Assembly (NCBI GenBank): GCA_964276515.1 | Contig: OZ193909.1 | Span: forward strand, 7,626,001 to 7,690,000 | Direction: 5' to 3' | Length of the DNA stretch: 64,000 nucleotides | From: Gordius albopunctatus | Lineage: Eukaryota | Shown here: in pieces, positions 59,201-64,000 of the stretch | Layout of the letters: every line of letters starts with the position of its first letter | Position numbering within the stretch: the stretch's first letter is position 1 | Translations under genes and position numbers: made by a program | Notes under the pieces: generated by a model | Databases searched by the model: none | Told to the model about the DNA's origin: nothing | Seen by the model: the letters and a program-made list of their open reading frames with translations, nothing else

Positions 59201-61918
59201 AGTGTGTTTATAACCCTTTTATAAAAGGCATCGCAAATTTGTTTCCATCTTCTAAGTATAATGGTGATCCTGTTGCCTTAAAGATCTACAAATTGAAGTC
59301 AAGAGCCCAAACTATGCTAATTTCAAAGTCAAATATCGATATTTATCGTAAAATATTAACCTTTCTTGTTTCTTAGTTTCGCTCGTTAGCTACCCGAATA
59401 TTGAAAAAGCTTCTAAAAAAACTACGGTAACAGAATTAGATGATTTAAGAAGATCGTAGCTCTTGAATAGATCTTCTTGCACAAGTCGTTTAACTAAAAG
59501 TGATCCAACTCAGGTGTGCAACACTAAGCAATTTATATTTTCTATTTGGGACGATGATGAAACGGGGAAAAAACCTGAAGATGCTAAGCTAGATGTAATT
59601 TTATGGTGGAAAGAGCACCAACTTATGCTACCAAACTTAACAAAATTAGCAGGTCAGTTTTTGTCAATTCCAGCCAACAATGCTACAAGTGAACGCACAT
59701 TCAGTAAGGCAAGTCGCCTTATAGTACAGAGAAGAAGGAAATTATTGCCTGATAAAATAGATAGTCTATTATTTTTAAATGACAATATTAAATTGTAATT
59801 TTTAATTAAAACCGATTTTATTTGCTATAGCTAAATTATTTTTTGAACAATACAAAATAGTTTTTATACAAAGAAATAATTTTGAAACAACGTAGACTTG
59901 TTTTTACTCGTGCGGGCCTGATGCGGCGCAATTTTTGAGATTTTTTTGCTGGCCGGGTGCGGGCCAAAAAAATAATATTTGTGCGGGTATGGGCCGGCCC
60001 TGAACCTAAAATTTCGGCCCATGCAGACCTCTAATGCACATATAAGTGTCAAATTTAGCTCTAATTCATTTAATTTTTTTAACAAATAAAATATGGTTTA
60101 ACAAAGTTCCCCATTCCTCTTTTTTATTCCCTAATCTACGCTATTACTTATTTATAATTTCTATAATAATAATTAATTTCTATACCATTCTTTTTTTGGG
60201 TTAAATAAAGATTTCTACATTATATTCTATAGCAAGAAGGTAATTTATTGATTAAATATAGTTTTTTATCGACAAGAGTAAGTATTACTATAATTGAAAT
60301 AATTTTTTATTAATCTAAATGCATTAGCAATCAACCTAATAAAATGTTGTCACCTAATAATCGGATTGGGTAGTTCAGGCAGCTCTAATGATTTGGGCAT
60401 GGCCGAGCGGATACTTAGAAGGATTCAGGCGGGCAATTTAGTTAAAGAGTTGAACAGGGCCGGTTTTGGGCAGAAAAATTTAAACAAATTTGACATCTGT
60501 TTAAATCGCATAATTTTCCGGCCTAACAGGCAAATTTAATATTTCGGGCCGGGCAATTCGGCCAGCTTTAACGATTTGGGCAGGCCCCAGGGGACACTTA
60601 GAAGTGTGTGGGCGGGCCGGCGGGCAAGGAAGTTAGAAAAATGGATCAGGCCGGGTTCGGGCAGAAATTTTTTAACAAATTTGACCTCTGATCTAAAATT
60701 AAGTCTTGAAAGCACTTTATTTTATAAATCATGATTAAATCTATATAGCCTTAAATAGCAACTGAAAATAAAAAAGTGAAAAATGTGAAGGAGGCTGATA
60801 GACAAGAAAATTTTTGAATTCTTGCATATTAAGTATCTCGCGTAAAAAAACTCATTCCTTTATATATAGTTAACAGTATAATCTATCAATTTAGAAAACA
60901 TATTTAAAAAATTTTTGTTTTTATTGGGATAAATAAATATTTTATGTTCAAGGGAAAAATGATGTAGAGCAGAGATGAGACATTATACGATGACAAAATT
61001 AATTAAGTTTAAGAATTTCATTAAGCCTATTAAGGTGCCCGCCTAGGCCAGCCCAAAAATTTAGGATAGGGGCAGAGTAACGTCCGACCTGGCTTTTTTA
61101 AAACTAATTAATAATTTCCTTTGCTATTTTTGTTAATTAATTACGATAAAAGAGCCTGGGGTTTTTTTCATGCACACCAAACAATGCTTTGACATCTCGG
61201 CTAATGTTGATTTTCTTGGCTTGGGAACGTCAAAGTATAGTTTATCTAATTGATTGTGTTCTTTTAAAGTTCGATACCTATAGAAATAGTATATGTATTT
61301 GTAAACAAACTTTATGGGTTTCAGTTGAGATGCTATTTATTTATAAAATTAAAACTATATCAGGGGTAGTAATTCAAGGATTAATACAAAAATGTGCGTT
61401 GATATTGCTTTGTTTTAAAATGTAACTTATTTTAAATGATTTCTTTTAAAGCTTTTGCGCTGAGCCATGATTTATCATATGAGCAAAAAAAATTATGAAA
61501 GGTTCACAGTATTACCATAAAGCTTTGTAAAAATGTTGTGAACAGTATGGACTAAAAGATATATATTCTTTGCCCTGAAGAGTGGCAAATACATCTTCGG
61601 CATCTATGTAAACCATGCGTACACATGATAACACGTCATTTGACATTTTTAACCTATTCTCTTTATCGGCATGAATCCATCTGAAAGCGGCTCTAAGGAC
61701 GTCAGTTTCATTGTCAATCCCCAAAAACTCGTTATTTAACAAACGCGTAACGGCATTTACGCTTAATTCCAAAAATTCTTTGCTACACACAACTTCTAAA
61801 AACTTTTCTGTCAAAATTTTGTAATGATTCGTATTTAGAGCTTCGATATGGGACACATTTTCAAGTTCTTGCAGAGCTTTACAGATTTCGGGTGACGCTG
61901 ACATCAATAATATTTTAT
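53269..61918 (-). CDS. Kelch-like (BACK + 6 kelch) protein, 5' part not found in window; exons 61918-61516, 61277-61145, 58150-57961, 55355-55196, 54875-54675, 54095-53887, 53438-53269
   Basis: BACK motifs EFLEL...NETDVLRAAFRW...CVRM, a PKPR linker and six GG-containing blades (LGG, IAGG, AIGG, ISGG, VIGG, IVGG); joins phase-consistent. Confidence 0.9.
55601..57399 (+). mobile_element. Internally deleted hAT transposon with 6-bp TSD
   Basis: 12-bp TIR cagagttgttaa / ttaacaactctg; TGAATA on both flanks; subterminal gtgcgcgcacc repeats; BED finger (CLLC...HLK), TTADFWS and dimerization domain (PSSAPIERMFS) fragments. Confidence 0.93.
57540..57790. mobile_element. Penelope-like remnant: minus-strand hammerhead-like core plus an inverted partial copy
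   Basis: Minus strand CTGATGA-t-GGGC...GCTT-GAAA-tatc (57643-57613); tataagatcggtgggattggattttataaaat (57561-57591) is inverted against attttatcaatccaataccaccgattttata (57740-57770). Confidence 0.5.
58805..60690. mobile_element. hAT-type element with a nested hAT transposase remnant
   Basis: TIR cagagatcaa / ttgacctctg; flanks atcttaaa and atctaaaa (7/8); nested piece encodes WWKEHQLMLPNLTKLAGQFLSIPANNATSERTFS (59463-59798) and ends at a second terminus gcagacctcta (60033). Confidence 0.8.
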
Positions 61919-63278
61919 CTTGGTTGAATAAAACATACAAACTGATGACATATTATTTAACATCGATTGTTGTATTTCTTTACTACAAAATTACTCTTTC
62001 TTAAATGATGACTTCCAAATTTGGCAATGTTATATATATTTTGTGTGGGTAGATAGAGAACAAAGCGACTCTTCTGCTAAGCATTAAGAATCACATATAG
62101 TGGAGATAGATGGATAATTATAATAGGAGAGGCTGGGGCTACTCGACCATAAAACATCAAAAAGGCCTAGAAAAATTTTTTAACCGATTTTCATATATTT
62201 TTTATCCAAAAATGTTTTTGGCTACAATGTTTATTAGTAGGAAAAATATGATAGTGGTGATATATTGTTTATAGCAGAAATTTAAAAAAGATAACCAACC
62301 CAAATAGTTTTCGTCCTAATAGGTACATTTTTGATTCGAAATTGAGGGTAAAATAATTATAAATGACAATATCATTTGCGAGGACGGTATTACCCCGTTG
62401 GACATATAGCCCTGGTATCCCCTGCATTTGCGTCAAATGAAATCAAGGATAGATATTATTTAAAGGAATGCGAGGTCAATTCATTCCAAGTAGCTGAATG
62501 GTTACGAGAAGGTAAGAAGCTAACTTTTAAGTATTCCTATTATCTCCACAAATATTACTCTGACTTAAAAATGAATAATATAGATACATACTCGTAATAT
62601 CTGTGTCTAATTAAGTTGGCGGCCAGATTGCGATGAATGGCGTAGAGTTTTGTCTGGGCATTAGTTCAAACTAAAATCTTATTTCCCCAAGATCCGGCAA
62701 TTATTGTGACAGAAAATTAGGAAGAATTTTATGGTATAGTTTTATCTCAAACTCAAGTGAACGGTCGTCCGAAGAATGCTATTGACACCCTAACAACTTT
62801 TAAGATTTTATTAAAGCCATTGCCTTATATAATCAAACTATTTTGTATCCACCTAGACACTTGTATCAATGAGCGAAGCCTTGTAGGTACCCCTCTAAAT
62901 CAAAAAAATTCTTTGAAATTTATTGAAATTATAGCTGAAAGTTTAAAAAAGTATTATTTTGCTCCTTTCTAAATTATTATTGTCCCTTCCTAACTCACAT
63001 ACTGGCTACAGTCATGCGTCTGGGTAGAGTTATGAGGATTTGGGGTAGCGGGTGAGTTTGTAACATTACTTTAGGTATGAAGATGTGTTTGCAGGTAAGT
63101 GTGAGTGATGGAAATCACTCTACTAGCCCATTAGTTGCTGTTTGGGCGCCTATTAACAATAATGGTCGATTGATTGACTAATTTTAATAATTACAAACTC
63201 ACATCTCAGCCTTTTTCCACCATTTGAATAGATACTTAGAACGAATTAGAACGCTGTTACTGAATAATATTTATTATC

Positions 63279-63930
63279 AATTGCTATGCAATTAATTTAT
63301 GGGCTCTCTTTCCATTTGTTTAATGTCACGCAACTAACGCTTTTCGTTTTTTTCGTCGTGTCGTTTTTTCCGTCGTTTTTACCACTGCGACCGCTGGAAT
63401 TCGATTAAGCCATCCTGAGTACGATAATATCCTGTGCCCCCCCCCTACAAGGGCCTATGCCTCTACTGATATGAGTTCGAATCTCCACGAGGGCAATTTT
63501 TTTATTAACCTAGCATTGATAATATAATGTTCTTGTTAATTTTTCGTTTTTTAATTGCTATATTTGGCTTTTATTTATTTATATCCTTTTTGCCCGTTTC
63601 CTGGCTGCTGACCAATGGAAAAAAATTCCCATTGGCCAAAGTGTGAATCGAAATTTTTTCCGTTTTTTGACGCCTATTTCAACACCTGTTGCCTCATTTA
63701 AAACAGTAAAATTTCTCCCCTTCCCGTTTGCAACACCCCCCCCCCCTTACAAGGGACTATGCCTCTTCTGATGTGAATTCGAATCTCGGTGAGGGCATAT
63801 TTTTTGCTATTTTTTTATTATTAGCCTAAAATTGATAATATTTGGCTCTTGTGTATTTATATCCTTTTTGACCGTCTCCTGGCTGCTGACCAATGGAAAA
63901 AATTACCATTGGCCAAAGTGTGAATCGAAG
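63279..63930 (+). mobile_element. Modular interspersed repeat, copy E
   Basis: aattgctatgcaatt head, gttcgaatc boxes and ccaatgg/ccattgg units. Confidence 0.78.
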
Positions 63931-64000
63931 CTTTTATTCTTTTATATAATTCGATTTAAAATGTATTATAATCACCTTCAGCAGTAGAGTCACTCTCTTC

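Overview
AT-rich, intron-containing eukaryotic DNA, most likely an invertebrate animal (species not identifiable from sequence alone). Five host genes were reconstructed by hand from splice sites: a kelch-less BTB-BTB-BACK gene with a C-terminal Cys4 motif (+, 15856-18959), CDP-diacylglycerol synthase (+, 30813-38744), DHX37/kurz helicase (+, 40532-50045), an MZB1/pERp1-like ER protein (-, 50173-52784, mostly missed by the ORF track) and the 3' part of a BACK-kelch gene (-, 53269-61918). The rest is a nest of mobile DNA: an intact CsRn1-lineage Ty3/Gypsy element (23768-28309; identical LTRs, tRNA-Trp PBS, candidate -1 frameshift signal, no canonical PPT), several hAT-type elements and MITEs, RTE LINE fragments, Penelope-like hammerhead remnants and a DINE/Helentron-like modular repeat family. 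The most unusual object is a 6.8-kb TIR element (5613-12395, perfect 8-bp TSD) that encloses a palindrome-rich ~119-bp tandem array and a GC-rich two-ORF retroelement whose RT-RNase H mixes DIRS-like and hepadnavirus-like motifs; its 3' end is cut off by a MITE. All calls are from manual reading; no searches were run.
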